A stretch of DNA of 64,000 bases. Source: Octopus vulgaris. Its lineage: Eukaryota. Position numbers and translations under genes: made by a program. The stretch is taken from assembly GCA_951406725.2 (NCBI GenBank), contig OX597816.1:46004001-46068000 (forward strand), in the 5' to 3' direction. Positions 50,133-63,634 of this stretch are shown here, in pieces. Below the pieces are notes generated by a model. It worked only from the letters and a program-made list of their open reading frames with translations. It was not told the DNA's origin and did no database searches. Every line of letters starts with the position of its first letter. Position 1 is the stretch's first letter.

Positions 50133-51951
50133 ATCTTTAAAAACAGCATCTTTTATAGCTAACAGGCTGTGTGACATGGAATTTACTTTGAAACCATGCA
50201 GTTTCAGGTTCTATCCAATAGTGTGGCATCAAAGTGTCTCCAAAATGTTCTCAGACTGACCAATGCTTTGCAAGTAAAATTGGTAGATGTAAACTATATG
50301 GAAATCTGTTCTGTGTCTATGTTGGTATTTCACACTTTTATAAGATACTGTCTGAGCAAAACAGCGACGTCATGTTTTCACTTGCTGTAAACAATGTCTT
50401 ATTGCTCTCTACTTTTGAAAATCAGGTGAATAAAAGATCCCTTATTTGAAAAACAGGTTTGGGTTGGCAACAAGAAGAGTATCCAGCTGTAAAATTCTAC
50501 CACAATATGTATATACTCAAACCCAAACCATGGAAGATGGAAAAAAAAACAGACATAAAATATACAAACAAGTGAAATTATTTTGCATTTAATCTCAAGT
50601 TGTATCTTGGTTTACATTTTATTTTCTCACTATAGTCTTGGAGACAGTTTATGATACAAGGTTTTATTTGCCTATTACCAATACTGTGCACTTTCTGTGT
50701 TATTTCATGAAATAAAAGACATTTAAAATTAGTGTGAAATCTAAAATTTTCTTTGCTTCTTCATCTTTGTCTTCACAATATTGTTTTCAAACATACAGTT
50801 CCATCTAGAATATACTCTTACACATTAAATAGCTATAATCATAAAGAAAATCAGTTTCAAGATAGAAGAGCAAACTGTGTATGTATATACATGTGTGTGT
50901 ATGTGTAAAGCGCCAGTGTAATTTGTTTAAGTTATTTATGAACCTGGGAAATGCTTGAGTACTTGCTACTCATATAAAACAGAAAAATATCTTAATAAAA
51001 TATAAAATATTAGTAACTGAAAGGGAATTGAAACTGAAGCAAAGGCATTGTGCTGTGTCCTTGGGGAAATCATAACAAAATTATTTCACTAACTTGAAAA
51101 TAGGTAACAGCTCTAGTTTAATATGATTGAGTATTCAGTAGTACTATCATGCAAGAATAGAGGAAAGAAAAAACAAATACCAATTCAACAAGGATGATGA
51201 ATAGCAGTGTCTAGAAAGAAATTGGATAAGTCTATTGGGTTACTCAGCAATAAAATACAGGAAAAGAAACATGGAAAGTATTAAGAATTTTCAGCTCCAA
51301 GTTCAAATCCAATCAGTTAAATTAGATTTTTCTGATATAAGGGTTAATAAAAAGAATATACAAATTCAACATAGACAGCTAAAAAGAGGGGTGGATAAGT
51401 ATTTGGACATTACTAAAGGAAAGAATAAGCTTCATCATTGGCTACATGGGCATATGATGGAAGATGAAGACAAGATTGTTGAGTAAATTTTGACCCTCTT
51501 TCAAAAACAAATTCTAGTTTTAATTCATACTGGGATGTGCAACCTTCCTTTTCTCAGTGTCTGATGTATTAACTACAAAGTTTCCCCTGAAAACTTTCAT
51601 GTACCAATAACCTAGTTGATATTGTCAAAACCTGTCAAGCTACAAAAGAGTTCCAAATCTAGAAGAATGGTCTAGATTCAAAAAGCTGAAAAGACTAAGA
51701 CCAAAATAATAATTAACACCACTTTACCATGCCTGCATGTGTTGGACAGGATTTGGTTGAAATGGATTTTCTATAACCAGATATCCTTCCTATTGCCAAC
51801 GCTTACCTGTTTTCAAGTAAGATAATATTTCCCTATGATTTAACATGTTTCCATGGAAGATGAAAGAGGGACACTGCTTGCATGACTATTACATTCATTT
51901 TCAACTAGCACATAATCTCAAAGCAAGGAAACAATAACAGACACACACCTA

Positions 51952-52739
51952 TACACATTAATTTCATGAGCAAGAGTGGCTGTGTGGTAAGTAGCTTGCT
52001 TACCAACCACATGGTTCCGGGTTCAGTCCCACTGCGTGGCACCTTGGGCAAGTGTCTTCTATTATAGCCTCGGGCCGACCAAAGCCTTGTGAATGGATTT
52101 GGTAGACGGAAACTGAAAGAAGCCTTTTAAGTTTCTCACAAGGCTTTGGCCAACCCTAAGTATCATACAGTAGGAGTAAACCCACAACCATGTCATTGGG
52201 AAACAACCTTCTTAAACACAGCCACATCTGTGCCTAGAGCTCAAAATTCCAGCACCATAGGTGTAGTGATCTTAGAGGAGCACTCCGTCGATTGCAACGA
52301 CGAGGGTCCTAGCTGATACGATCAACAAAACAGTTTACTCTTTTACTTGTTTCATTCATTTGACTGCGGCCATGCTGGAGCACCACCTTTAGTCGAGCAA
52401 ATCAAGCACAACAGGACTTATTCTTTGTAAGCCCAGTACTTATTCTATCGGTCTCTTTTGCCAAACCGCTAACTTACGGGGACGTAAACACACCCGTATC
52501 GGTTGTCAAGCGATGTTGGTGGGGACAAACACAGACGCACAAACACACACACACATATATACGACAGGCTTCTTTCAGTTTCTGTCTACCAAATCCACTC
52601 ACAAGGCTTTGGTCAGCCCGAGGCTATAGTAGAAGACACTTGCCCAAGGTGCCATGCAGTGGGACTGAACCCGGAACCATGTGGTTGGTAAGCAAGCTAC
52701 TTACCACACAGCCACTCCTGCTCATGAAATTAATGTGTA
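51952..52739. repeat. 174-bp inverted duplication (51952-52125 vs 52566-52739)
   Basis: About 6 differences. It includes the SINE A head and about 20 bp of flanking SINE D sequence. Confidence 0.85.
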
Positions 52740-52986
52740 AGTGGCTGAGCACTCCACAAACACGTGTACCCTTAACGTAGTTCTTTGAGAGATTCAGCGT
52801 GACACAGTGTGTGACAAGGCTGGCCCTTTGAAATACAGGTACTACTCATTTTTGCCAGTTGAGTGGACTGGAGCAACGTGAAATAAAGTGTCTTGCTCAA
52901 GGACACAACGCGCCGTTGGGAATTGAACTCACGACCTTACGATCGTGAGTCAAATGCCCCTAACCACTAAACCATGCACCTTCACA
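52278..52986 (-). mobile_element. SINE D with a full SINE A (52334-52720) nested inside
   Basis: The D sequence resumes on both sides of the A copy. Confidence 0.85.
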
Positions 52987-53099
52987 ATAGTGAAGTGATC
53001 TTAATATGCAATCTTAATACTGTAGTATCTTAATATGCAATAAAGCTCATAGAAACAAGGGGCCAGATGAACCAGGAGCACCATACAATGAAATCTTCG

Positions 53100-53295
53100 G
53101 CAGCTCAGATGATTACCTAGATGTAGCAGGTAGCTTCAGTTATCTGAGTGATATAATTACAATGGATATACAGAGAGTAGAGAAATTGGAATTAGAAAGG
53201 CATTAATGTTCAGAGAGCTGTTAAATTTGCTGGCGACAAAAGGTTTCTTCAATGTAAATTATATGTAGTTAGAGCAAGAAGTATGCTCATAGCAG
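53100..53295 (+). mobile_element. Decayed RTE reverse-transcriptase downstream fragment
   Basis: LDVAGSFSYLSDII...FRELLNLLATKGF, matching the RTE F.YLG...KFRELLP pattern. Confidence 0.55.
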
Positions 53296-53298
53296 AAA

Positions 53299-53463
53299 GG
53301 CACGGGAGTGGCTGTGTGGTAAGTAGCTTGATTACCAACCACATGGTTCCGGGTTCAGTCCCACTGTGTGGCACCTTGGGTAAGTGACTTCTACTATAGC
53401 CTCGGGCCGACCAAAGTCTTGCGAGTGGATTTGGTAGACGGAAACTGAAAGAAGCCTGTCGTA

Positions 53464-53501
<38 letters not shown>

Positions 53502-53706
53502 TGTGTGTGTTTGTCCCCCTAGCATTGCTTGACAACCGATGCTGGTGTGTTTATGTTACTGTCACTTAGCGGTTCGGTAAAAAGAGACCAATAGAATAAG
53601 TACTGGGTTTACAAAGAATAAGTCCCGGGGTCGATTTGCTCGACTAAAGGCACTGCTCCAGCACGGCCGCAGTCAAATGACTGAAACAAGTAAAAGAGTA
53701 AAGAGT
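53299..53706 (+). mobile_element. SINE family A, full length
   Basis: Match to the consensus. Confidence 0.9.
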
Positions 53707-53759
53707 ATTAAGTGTAGAATATCTGCAGAGGCTAGAAACTTTCACTAACTTAAGTTCAG

Positions 53760-54131
53760 GAACAGCAGCATGGTTGCAAAGTTCATTTGACAACCACATG
53801 GGTTTGGTTCTGCTGCATGGCATTATCAGCAAGTGTCTTCTACTACAAGTATCAAGATGACCAAAGCCTTGTAAAAAGATCTGGTAGCTGAAATCTGAAA
53901 AAGACCCATCATGTGTATGTGTGAGTTGTTTTGTGTTGACATCCTGCAATGCTCCATGAAAACATGTCCAGCCATTGTGCTGCTGATGTTAGGACTAGGA
54001 GAAATGTCTTGCTTGGAATTAGATGAAGGTTTGGTGACAAGAAGAACATCCAGCCATAGAAGATCTGCTTTAACAAATTTCATGTAACCTGTGCAAGACT
54101 GGAAAAGAGAATATTAAAATGATAATGATGA
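53760..54131 (+). mobile_element. SINE family H
   Basis: Degenerate A-type head with an H tail. Similar copies at 41515-41955, 50190-50560 and 57665-58052 (minus). Confidence 0.7.
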
Positions 54132-54253
54132 AGGAACTGGTCAACTTGACATTTTAACCCAGATCATGTCTGTGCCAAATACATTCAACTTGCTGGACTA
54201 ATTCATCGAAATTTGAATAATTAGCTGTCTTGGCCATAGATGCTGAGTAAAGT

Positions 54254-54615
54254 TCATCATCATCATCACCATCTTCGATTAGCATCCGCTTTCCATGCTA
54301 GCATGGGTTGGACGGTTCAACTGGGGTCTGGGAAGCCAGACAGCTGCACCAGGCCCAGTCTGATCTGGCAATGTTTCTACGGCTGGATGCCCTTCCTAAC
54401 GCCAACCACTCTGTGAGTGTAGTGGGTGCTTTTTACGTGCCACCGGCATAGGTGCCAGACGAGGCTGGCAAACAGCCACGATCGGATGGTGCCATTTACG
54501 TGCCACCGGCACGGGGGCCAGGCGAGGCTGGCAACAGCCACAATCGGATGGTGCTTTTTACATGCCACTGGCACGAGGCCAGTCGGGGCGGCGCCAGCCG
54601 TTGCTAGCGCCGCAT
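54254..54615 (-). mobile_element. Retroposon family C with 3 units
   Basis: (CAT)n, C tail and three GTGCCACYGGCA units. Confidence 0.9.
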
Positions 54616-54854
54616 ATGATTATTAACTTCTATGAATGATGGAGCACAAGTGAATGAAAGGCCAGTTGAGCAGCATAAACAACAGTTAATGTTGTGGTTA
54701 GGGCCCATGAGCAAAGAAATTCAAATCATGACTATTGCTTATCAAAACCTCCAACCCATGATAACATGGTAAGTGTACACAAAATTATGATATATATATA
54801 TATGCACAAACATTATTAGTCACTCAAAAATCTTGGTAGCAGTATGTTGACAAC

Positions 54855-54899
54855 ACTTCACTGAGGAGATCTAATAAGGCTGAAACATGTCTACAAGTT
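54855..54899 (+). ncRNA. Minimal hammerhead-like motif (same family as 18790-18835, minus)
   Basis: acttca-CTGAGGA-gatctaataaggct-GAAA-CATG-TC-tacaagt. Confidence 0.4.
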
Positions 54900-55139
54900 A
54901 CAAAAATAAGATACACCCTCATCCCTACCCATCTCTAATTTTTGATCAATTGAAATTTTGGGACTTGTTTCCCTTGCTCCATTTGCGAGTCGTGGTCATC
55001 AATGTTCATGAATTTATTTCTCATCATAGGTATAATTTCAACAGACAAAAAAATTTTCAGTTCATTGCACTCTGTATGGCTGCCTACATTTAACTACTAG
55101 AATAAATTCCTTACAATTTTTACAACATCAAATACAGAT

Positions 55140-55475
55140 CTTAGGCCACATCCAAGACTGCCTCACCACCATCACTGAATGGCACATCAACACACTTCAA
55201 CCTTTGACCCAGACATACTGTTCTGTCTCACTTTCTCTCCCACCACTACAACAGTGGCTGCTGCTTCTTGGAGCCACTGGTTTCTTGGTACCTCCATCCA
55301 AGCATTCTTCACTCAAATGTTTCTTCTCTCATTACTCATTATTGTGTATCCCTTCCCTAGTTCTATGCTAATTCCAACCACTTAAATCCCAAGAGTGTCC
55401 ACCCTCTGGAATTCCTTTTCTGCTCATGTTTTTACAGCAGCTGTCACCCTGAAACTATTCGAGAGTTTTAATCTT
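55140..55475 (+). mobile_element. Decayed CR1/L2-like LINE C-terminus
   Basis: RVSTLWNSFSAHVF (the LWNSLP motif) near 55392-55433. Confidence 0.5.
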
Positions 55476-55522
55476 TGTAGGCCCACTATCACCATCCTAG
55501 ACTAGTACATTACAGACCCCTG

Positions 55523-55591
55523 ATTCAAATCAACGATGTCCCTCCCTTACAAATTTCATTCAAATCAACGATGTCCCTCTCTTACAAATTT
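55523..55591. repeat. 35-bp tandem duplication
   Basis: ATTCAAATCAACGATGTCCCTCYCTTACAAATTT occurs twice. Confidence 0.9.
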
Positions 55592-56080
55592 GTGGCCTTG
55601 AACCAAAGTTCAAAGTAAATATTTCAATAAGAATTTTCAAATGTCATGGAGAAAGAGGCTCCTCTTGAAATGAGAATGTAATCTGGCTTTCATTATTAAA
55701 TGTTCAGTCTGTTGAGTCAGAAGAGGAACAGCAGCATCCATGACATCTACAAATTCTCAAAGATCAGTGATAGAAAGGAAGAGAAAGCAAAACTCATCAG
55801 ACCAAATTCCATCTGATGGCTTTTTTGCTCACAAGAATTGGATTGTTTATCATGCTCCTAGTAAAGAGTCTGAATTTTGCATTCATGCACATTGATGTGT
55901 CCATGTAACATTAGAGTCTTATCACTATCAGCCAGGCCTCAAAAACTCTGCTTTCCACTATAAGATGGTTGGTGATAGACACAAGACAGAATTTAAACTC
56001 AAAATGCCACCATAACAGATGTATCACAAAGCATCACACCTGATGTTCCAACAATTTTACCAATCCTCCATTGGTACTTT

Positions 56081-56584
56081 ATCCCTTTAGTATTTAAACC
56101 AGCCATATCCAGCCAAAATATTTAATCTGTTTTATGTTCAAACTGACCAGATCCAGGCTCTCGCACCTACCCTACAATGTTATTCTACATTAGGTAATTA
56201 CACCATCAAGATCTTGAAGATATGAGATAATGCATGATTAATTCAAATCAATGTGAAACAATAAGTATTATGTTTGTTAGAATAATCTGAACGCTAAAGG
56301 GTTATTACAGATTTTGAATGGGTTAAGAACAGAGTTTTAGACTTGAGAGCAGAGCTTAACCCTTTAGTGTTCAGATTACTCTGTTAAATGTAATACTTTT
56401 TCACTCAAATTGTTTTGGATTAATCCTGGATTATCTTACGGCTTTGAGGTTTCAGTGACATGATTGTTTATTTTTAGAATGGCATTGTAGGTTAAGTGTG
56501 AGAGGCTAGATATCGCCAGTTTGAATATAAAACATGTAGAATATATTGGGCCGGATTTGGCCAGTTTAAACACTAAAGGGTTAA
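56081..56584. mobile_element. Two MITE E copies in inverted orientation (56081-56303 and 56356-56584)
   Basis: The second copy has perfect TTAA-CCCTTTAGTGTT...AACACTAAAGGG-TTAA ends. Confidence 0.88.
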
Positions 56585-58601
56585 ACAAATACCACAAAGC
56601 ATTCTGTGACTCTAATGGTACTGCAAATCCGCTGTCTTTGTTTTCACTGCTTCAAGAAAATATAAGATAGGAAGCGGGATTTTTAGGTTCTGTATAAGAG
56701 CAAAATGTTTTGAATGCAGAGAGAATATTTTGGACATGCTAACAGGAGTAACACTCACCTATCAAAGATGGTAAATGCTCTTCTTAATCATTGTGCCCTT
56801 GCAATAACATTATATAATCAGCTCATAGCTTGTTTTCAAATCTAATAATACACCATTCAGAAGCAACAATTATATTGTATTATGTATAAAAATAGGCTAA
56901 ACTTTGTATGTTTATACTTATGCTAGAGTCATAGATTCAGCATGATAAGTACATTGTGACAACAACAACAACAACCATATGCCAATATTTGAGAATACAT
57001 GGTTACCCAGTACCTTATCAAACGCAAGATCTTCCTCTCAACTTTGTTACCTTTTACAAACAGATAGTGGCATATTTTTACCCACAGATATATACATAGT
57101 ACCCATTCTCAGCTCTTATCAATTAAGATGAGATTTACACTTGAAATAATGATTACCAAACACATATGCATTTACACAAGTATATTATCTAGAAACCTAA
57201 GTGGACAGACTGTGTAGTTGTGTAGATACAATGTGGTAGGATAAATAGATATGTTAAGGTGTAAGTGTTTAAAAAGTTTTCATAAACTCCATAAAAGCAT
57301 TATAATTATGATTTCTTACATAAACACAGCCACACATTTAGGGGCAGAGAATATATGATCATATCAACCAAGTATTTGATTAGTATTTATTTTTTCTTGA
57401 AGAGTGAAAGAAATGCAAGAGTCATAACTAAATAATGCAAATTTCATCCAATGCACAATTTGAACTAAAAAATAAATGCATCAAGTTTTTGTCCAATGAA
57501 TGCTTTATAAGTATTTTGCCAATGATAAATAATACTTTCAATTTTTTTATGGTAGTATAGTTTGAATTATTTGAGATAGATCTCAAAAAAAAAAAAAACT
57601 GGATCCTTAAATAGGGCAACAAATATATATATGTGGACAGAATTTGAGTGAATACAAACACCATTGTTTTAACATCCACTCTTCCATGCTTGCATGGGTT
57701 AAATGAAGTCTATTAAGGCAGATTTTCTATAGCTGAATGCCCTTCTCAGCACCAATCCTCACCTGTTTCCAAGTAAGGTAATATTTCCTCATGGCCAGCC
57801 ATGTCCTTGCAGAATATTGGTAATGAATGGCATTGCCTGTACGATATTTGTGATTTGAAGACAAGGAGACACAACATACACACACACACAACAAGCTTCT
57901 TAAAGTTTCCATCTTCCGAATCCATTCAAAAGGCTTTGGTTGGCCCACGGCTATAGTACAAAACACTTGCCCAGGGCTCCATGCACCAAGACTGAACCCA
58001 AAAACCATGCGATTGAGCAGCAAACTGCTGAACTGCACAGCTGCACCTGCACCTATGTAGCAAGATAAATATAGAAATAAATGGTAGCCAACATGACAGT
58101 TCTGAAGATAGTAACAAAAATTCTCCCAATGTTTCTTCTATTACAACATTATAATATCACAAGAGACTGGCATAATTAATTGCTAATGATGCAACAATTT
58201 ACTTGTGAAAATGTTAGCCAATTAGGAAATCACTATGCAGAAACCAGATCTGCTAGAAATAGCAGCCGAGTTTTCCTCAAACACCACTTTAGATACGCTG
58301 TGTCTGAAATCAAGATGGAGAAATCATGGCTTTTAATGCCTTTGATCATAGGTATACTAAATGAGCGCTAATTCGGAGCGTAAACAACAATGATTAGAAC
58401 AGGATTATTTCAAAATCCTAGCACAACAGGAAAAAAAACCAATGAGAAGGAAATGCTAAATAAATCAATTAACTTGCAAATAATATGAGTCCAGAGTTAA
58501 TTCCTAATCCCAAGAATAACATTCCCAACCTTAAACCAAGAGGGTCACTGTTAAGAACTTAACTGACCCACAAGGTTTTTTTTTTAATTTTGCCTAACTT
58601 A

Positions 58602-59006
58602 GGCGCAGGAGTGGCTGTGTGCTAAGTAGCTTGCTTACCAACCACATGGTTCCGGGTTCAGTCCCACTGCATGGCATCTTGGGCAAGTATCTTCTATTAT
58701 AGCCTCGGGTCGACCAAAGCCTTGTGAGTGGATTTGGTAGGCGGAAACTGAAAGAAGCCCGTCGTATATATATATGTGTGTGTGTGTGTGTATGTTTGTG
58801 TGTCTGTGTTTGTCCCCCCAGCATCGCTTGACAACCAATGCTGGTGTGTTTACGTCACCGTCACTTAGCGGTTCGGCAAAAGAGACCAATAGAATAAGTA
58901 CTGGGCTTACAAAGAATAAGTCCCTCGGGTCGATTTGCTCGACTAAAGGCGGTGCTCCAGCATGGCCGCAGTCAAATGACTGAAACAAGTAAAAGAGTAA
59001 AGAGAG
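58602..59006 (+). mobile_element. SINE family A, full length
   Basis: Match to the consensus. Confidence 0.9.
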
Positions 59007-59074
59007 TTATCCAGAGTGAAAAAGTAAACACAGAGATGGTTGTATGGTTAACTGAAAAGAAGCATGATGTATAT

Positions 59075-59390
59075 GTGTGGTTAGAGCATTGGGCTCACAA
59101 TCATGAGGTAGTGAGTTCAATTCCTGGACCAGGCTGAGTATTGTGTTCTTGAACAAGACACTTTATTTCACATTGCTCCAGTTCACTCAGCCAGAGACAT
59201 GAGCTGTAACATTACTGGTGCCAAACAGTATTGCCCTTTGCCCTTCCCTTGGATAACATTGGTGACATGCAGAGAGAAAGCTGGTAAGCATAGGCAACTG
59301 ATGGTCTTCCTTAAACAACCTTGTCCGAAATTGTGTCTTGGAGGGTAACTTTTTAGGTGCAAGCCCATGGTCTTTTATGACCGAGGGAGT
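59075..59390 (+). mobile_element. SINE family D (variant tail)
   Basis: GTGGTTAGAGC..GAGTTCAATTCC..GTTCTTGAACAAGACAC. Confidence 0.8.
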
Positions 59391-59728
59391 GGCTCCTTCC
59401 TCCTTACTAGGCTGTAAAAATGTTGGTGAAAGGAAATGCATCCAGCTATAAAAAAACCTGTCTCCTCTCTACAACCCAAAAAAATTAACCAGCAGAAGAG
59501 CAGTCTCTGCAGGCCACAGCAAAGCAAGCATAATTCTGCAGATAATTTCTACAGTATCACTGTCATGATAAAATGTATCTAGTCCATATTGTCATACAGT
59601 CCCACTAGTGCTAATCTCAAGATAAAATACACATAGTCCCGGTACATCAGATGACCAAAGGCCATGAGATTACACAAGGCCCATTTAACCCATGCTACCA
59701 GAAAAAAAAAAAAAAACAGGTGTGTAAT

Positions 59729-60105
59729 GATGATCATCATCATCATCGTTTAACGTCCGTTCTCCATGCTAGCATGGGTTGGACGATTCGACCAGGGATC
59801 TGGGAAGCTAGAAGGCTGCACCAGGCTCCAGTCTTATCTGGCAATGTTTCAACAGCTGGATGCCCTTCCTAACGCCAACCACTCCGTGAGTGTAGTGGGT
59901 GCCTTTTACGTGCCACCCGCACAGGTGCCAGGCGAGGCTGGCAACGGCCACAGTCGGATTGGTGCATTTTACATGCCACCGGCACGGAAGCCAGTCGAGG
60001 CGGCGCTGGCATCGGCCATGATTCGGATAGTGCTTTTTACATACCACCAGTCCAGGGGTCCTGGCATCTGCCGGTGCCAGTCATACGATTGGTTCAATTT
60101 CGAAA
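59729..60105 (-). mobile_element. Retroposon family C, long copy
   Basis: (CAT)n tail, 3 or more units and a TTCAATTTCGAA end. Confidence 0.9.
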
Positions 60106-63100
60106 TGATCTTAATGTATCTAGGATTACACAGTCCAATGTATTCTTCCATTTTACCCTAAGACATTCAATGTGATTTGAAGATTCCACTATTATTTCTA
60201 ACAGGTGAAGCCTACCATGAAGAGGTCCCCATGTTGGCTGACAGTATTATCACTGCTATGACAGGAAAAGTTAGCATAATGAAGAGGCCTTATTTAAATA
60301 GACTGATGAACAATGGGCTGTAAGATCATATAGTGACCAGAAGTTCTTATGACAACAGCCAAACATTATACACTAACACAATAAGAGGGCCTCAAAACAT
60401 GGTTACCTAATCTGCTCAAAAGAGCAGCCAAATTTCTCTAAAACTACACACAACCATCATTAAGAAAATTAAACAAGAAGATAAAGTATGAAGAGGTATT
60501 TTATGCTTGGAAAATATGTGATGGTCATATCTATAAAACACCTTTGATTATAGTTCAATCAAAGCTGACTTGGGTCTAAGCAACACAACTACGAAAGTAG
60601 GTTCCACTCTTAATTCCTATGCAATATTAACTCCAAGTTCTCATCTCTAAAGTGGCATTTTTTTTTTTTTTATCCCTATCAAGAAAATCTCTACTGCCTT
60701 TGCAGAATCCTCCCACTTTTTCATGCACTTCCAAAATTCTACAAAAAAATCTAACTGGCCATGCTTGGAAACAAGTATGGGCATCCGGCCATAGAAAATC
60801 TGCCTTAATAAGCTCCGTCCAACCCATGGAAAACATGGACGTTAACACGATGATAATCACACAACAATGGAACCTGAACGTTCTAAACTTCAACAGTAGC
60901 AAAATTACTGCCCTTAACAACAGCAAGGCCATCGGTTATATCGGGAGTATCAACACCAGCTTCCCTTTCAATAAGATTGGAAATTCCCAATCAGATCTGA
61001 CAGAACTCACCCCGAACCACATCTATCAACTCGGGTACATCAGGGTCTACACAACACCCATCCCATGCATTACAGCACTCAGCTAAAGTCCTTAAAGTTA
61101 ATACAATTACTAGGCCTTACAATTTCTGCAAATCTCTCGTAACTACAAATATTGCAAAAACTGCATCTCAAATGCTGAGGTTCCTTTTAAAAATTAGAAT
61201 AAAAATTTCATCCCGGTCCAGTGCTGTCCATTTATAAAACTTATGTATAATCCGTAATAGAGTCTAATACTCTATAGTCAGTTTCTTCTTTTATGTATCT
61301 TCTGCCGTGACTACAAGCAGTCGTTTTTGTCCTGAACCAGCTTGTACCTATATTTCACAGGCTTACTCGCGGCACTTATCTGTCACGATTCCCACTGCCT
61401 CGCTCTAACCAGTGAAATTTTTAGTATAATCCCAATTATCCTACCTCGGAACCACAAATACCGTCCAAATTCCTCTAAAGGCGTCAATTTACAAAGGTTT
61501 AGACAGAACATCGCCTGCACTTCAGGTTAGTCTGGTAGGACCTCCAAAAGTCAAGAGGTCTGATCCTCATATAATTTATTTTTATCTTAATGTCAACACG
61601 GATGTGCGTATAACAGTGCGTGTGTATATATATATATATATATCTGTCTAAATAACGATGTGAACCACTAAGGCCATAGCGCATATTTACTTTTCACTAA
61701 AAGCGTGTATCGACCACTTTGCAAAAAGTATTTATTTGTGTATATAGTTATATATAAGTATATAAAATTGTGTGTGTACCTAAAATAAAATGATGTGACG
61801 AAGCGGTATCGTGTCATATTATTTATATTTATAAAGTGTTTAACGTCACAAATGTTTTTCACATGTTCAACAATAAATAAGCCAGATACCAAATGAGGAA
61901 AATAAAATAAAGAAGTTCGGGACTATTAGGTACATAAAGTATTGTTATGATTACCGTTATTATATTTACTATCGTGTACTACGTTAGAAAATTAGCTGAA
62001 GATGAAAATAATTCGGATAGCAAGTTTCAATCTTTGTTTTTGTTATTCTTTGAATTTTTCTTCGATTTACAATATTCAATAATTTTATAGCCTGCTCCAA
62101 CATTTTAACGATTTATTTAGACCTTGAATAATAAACACGAGATTTAATTTTGTGAGAACAACAAAACAAAACGAAAAGAACGACGGTTGTTGTTGTGAAT
62201 AGTTCTGATATGAGACCTTAGCAAAACACGATCCAAAACGTCTCCCCCTTCAAGCAAACATTACACGTACGATGTTATTTTTTTAAAGAAGGGATAAATG
62301 GTTTCGTCATCGGACAATATTATGTCACTAGAATTTTGTAGTCACTCGACTGATTACAACCAATGTTGTAAGAGAAATAAATCGAAGGGTGATTTTTTTT
62401 CCTTGAGTATAAACAAACAATTCAGTTACATAAACACGAGATAGACAGAGACAGGAAAAACGTGAAAAGGAAAAATAAAATGTGTCATTTAGCTTTTTTA
62501 TAACAGCTTTTTGTTCTGTCCGAGAGTAGAGGGAGGTTTTACTCCTGCTCCCCACTACATCAACTGCCACGTGCATACATATGATCGGCAGAATAGGAAA
62601 GGCCAAGACTGATGCCGAAATCAGCAGATAAATTAACCCCCCACACCATCATTGAACTACATCAGTAAGGCACACACCACAACCCTTGCTCTGCGATTAC
62701 AGCTTATTTTCAAGGTACGATTAAATGCATTTGGAACAATCTACTCATCGCAAATAGGAACGTGTTTACTAATAAAATGAATAAATAAGACGAACAAGGA
62801 CGGGTTTGTGTGCGTATATATACACATATATATATATAGATGCGCTAGTGATTTTGTGCGAATTTGTTATTGTACAACAATCAGGTCATAAACAACAATT
62901 CGACGAAATTCTAAACAATATTTTTCTCTCCACATTTCGATTTAATTATTAGACTAGCTAGAAAAATTTATTTTATGACAATAAATGCTGTGTTTTCGTA
63001 GAAAAAAAAAAGAAAAGAATGTAGAGGGAATGAGAGAAAGAAATTGCTTAAAAATCAAAGACAGCTTCAACGACACCGACATGGCAGTCTCGAAGAGTCG

Positions 63101-63634
63101 GGAGGACACAGTGACACACAAAAATACAGACGGCTTGTTTATAAGGAGGGGGCAAAAAGCTGCGAATGATTGTACGTGTGTGTGTATGAGAAGTGGAACG
63201 AATAAATATAACGAAGACGACATCGACCATATATATATTTGGGATAGGGAGATATTTATCAGTCGTTCTAACTTAAAATAAACCGACCGAGATAAAAAGT
63301 TCACAACAGGGTTGTTTCATGTAAAACAATGTAATTAGATACACGTTCTGTTTAATACAAAAGCCATTTTAAAAATGTTTTAAGAAGACGGGAAATAATA
63401 AACGAACGAAAAAACAGTGAGATAACCAAAGTCGGCCTAATAATGTTTTCGCGGGAACTTAGGCTGTAGACATTTAATTTCAAAGTCAGACTGAGCGCAC
63501 CTTGGACAGTAGTCGACCTCCACAATACTTATAAAGACAACTCCAGTCCAAAACAGCAGCCACCATGTAATAACAGCGAACAGAAATTTGTACGGAATCT
63601 TTAAAGAAAGGCCATAACTAACAGATGAACTTAC

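Noticed and set aside
58594-58988. Recurrent ORFs with DGLLSVSVYQIHSQGFG...TCPRCHAVGLNPEPCGW, looking like a peptide gene family
   Set aside because: They are antisense readings of SINE family A. The same applies to the WLALGRASSCR and MLAWVG ORFs from family C.
60652-61086. 144-aa ORF
   Set aside because: The first half is a SINE H tail and the remainder has no recognisable domain (possibly a LINE relic).
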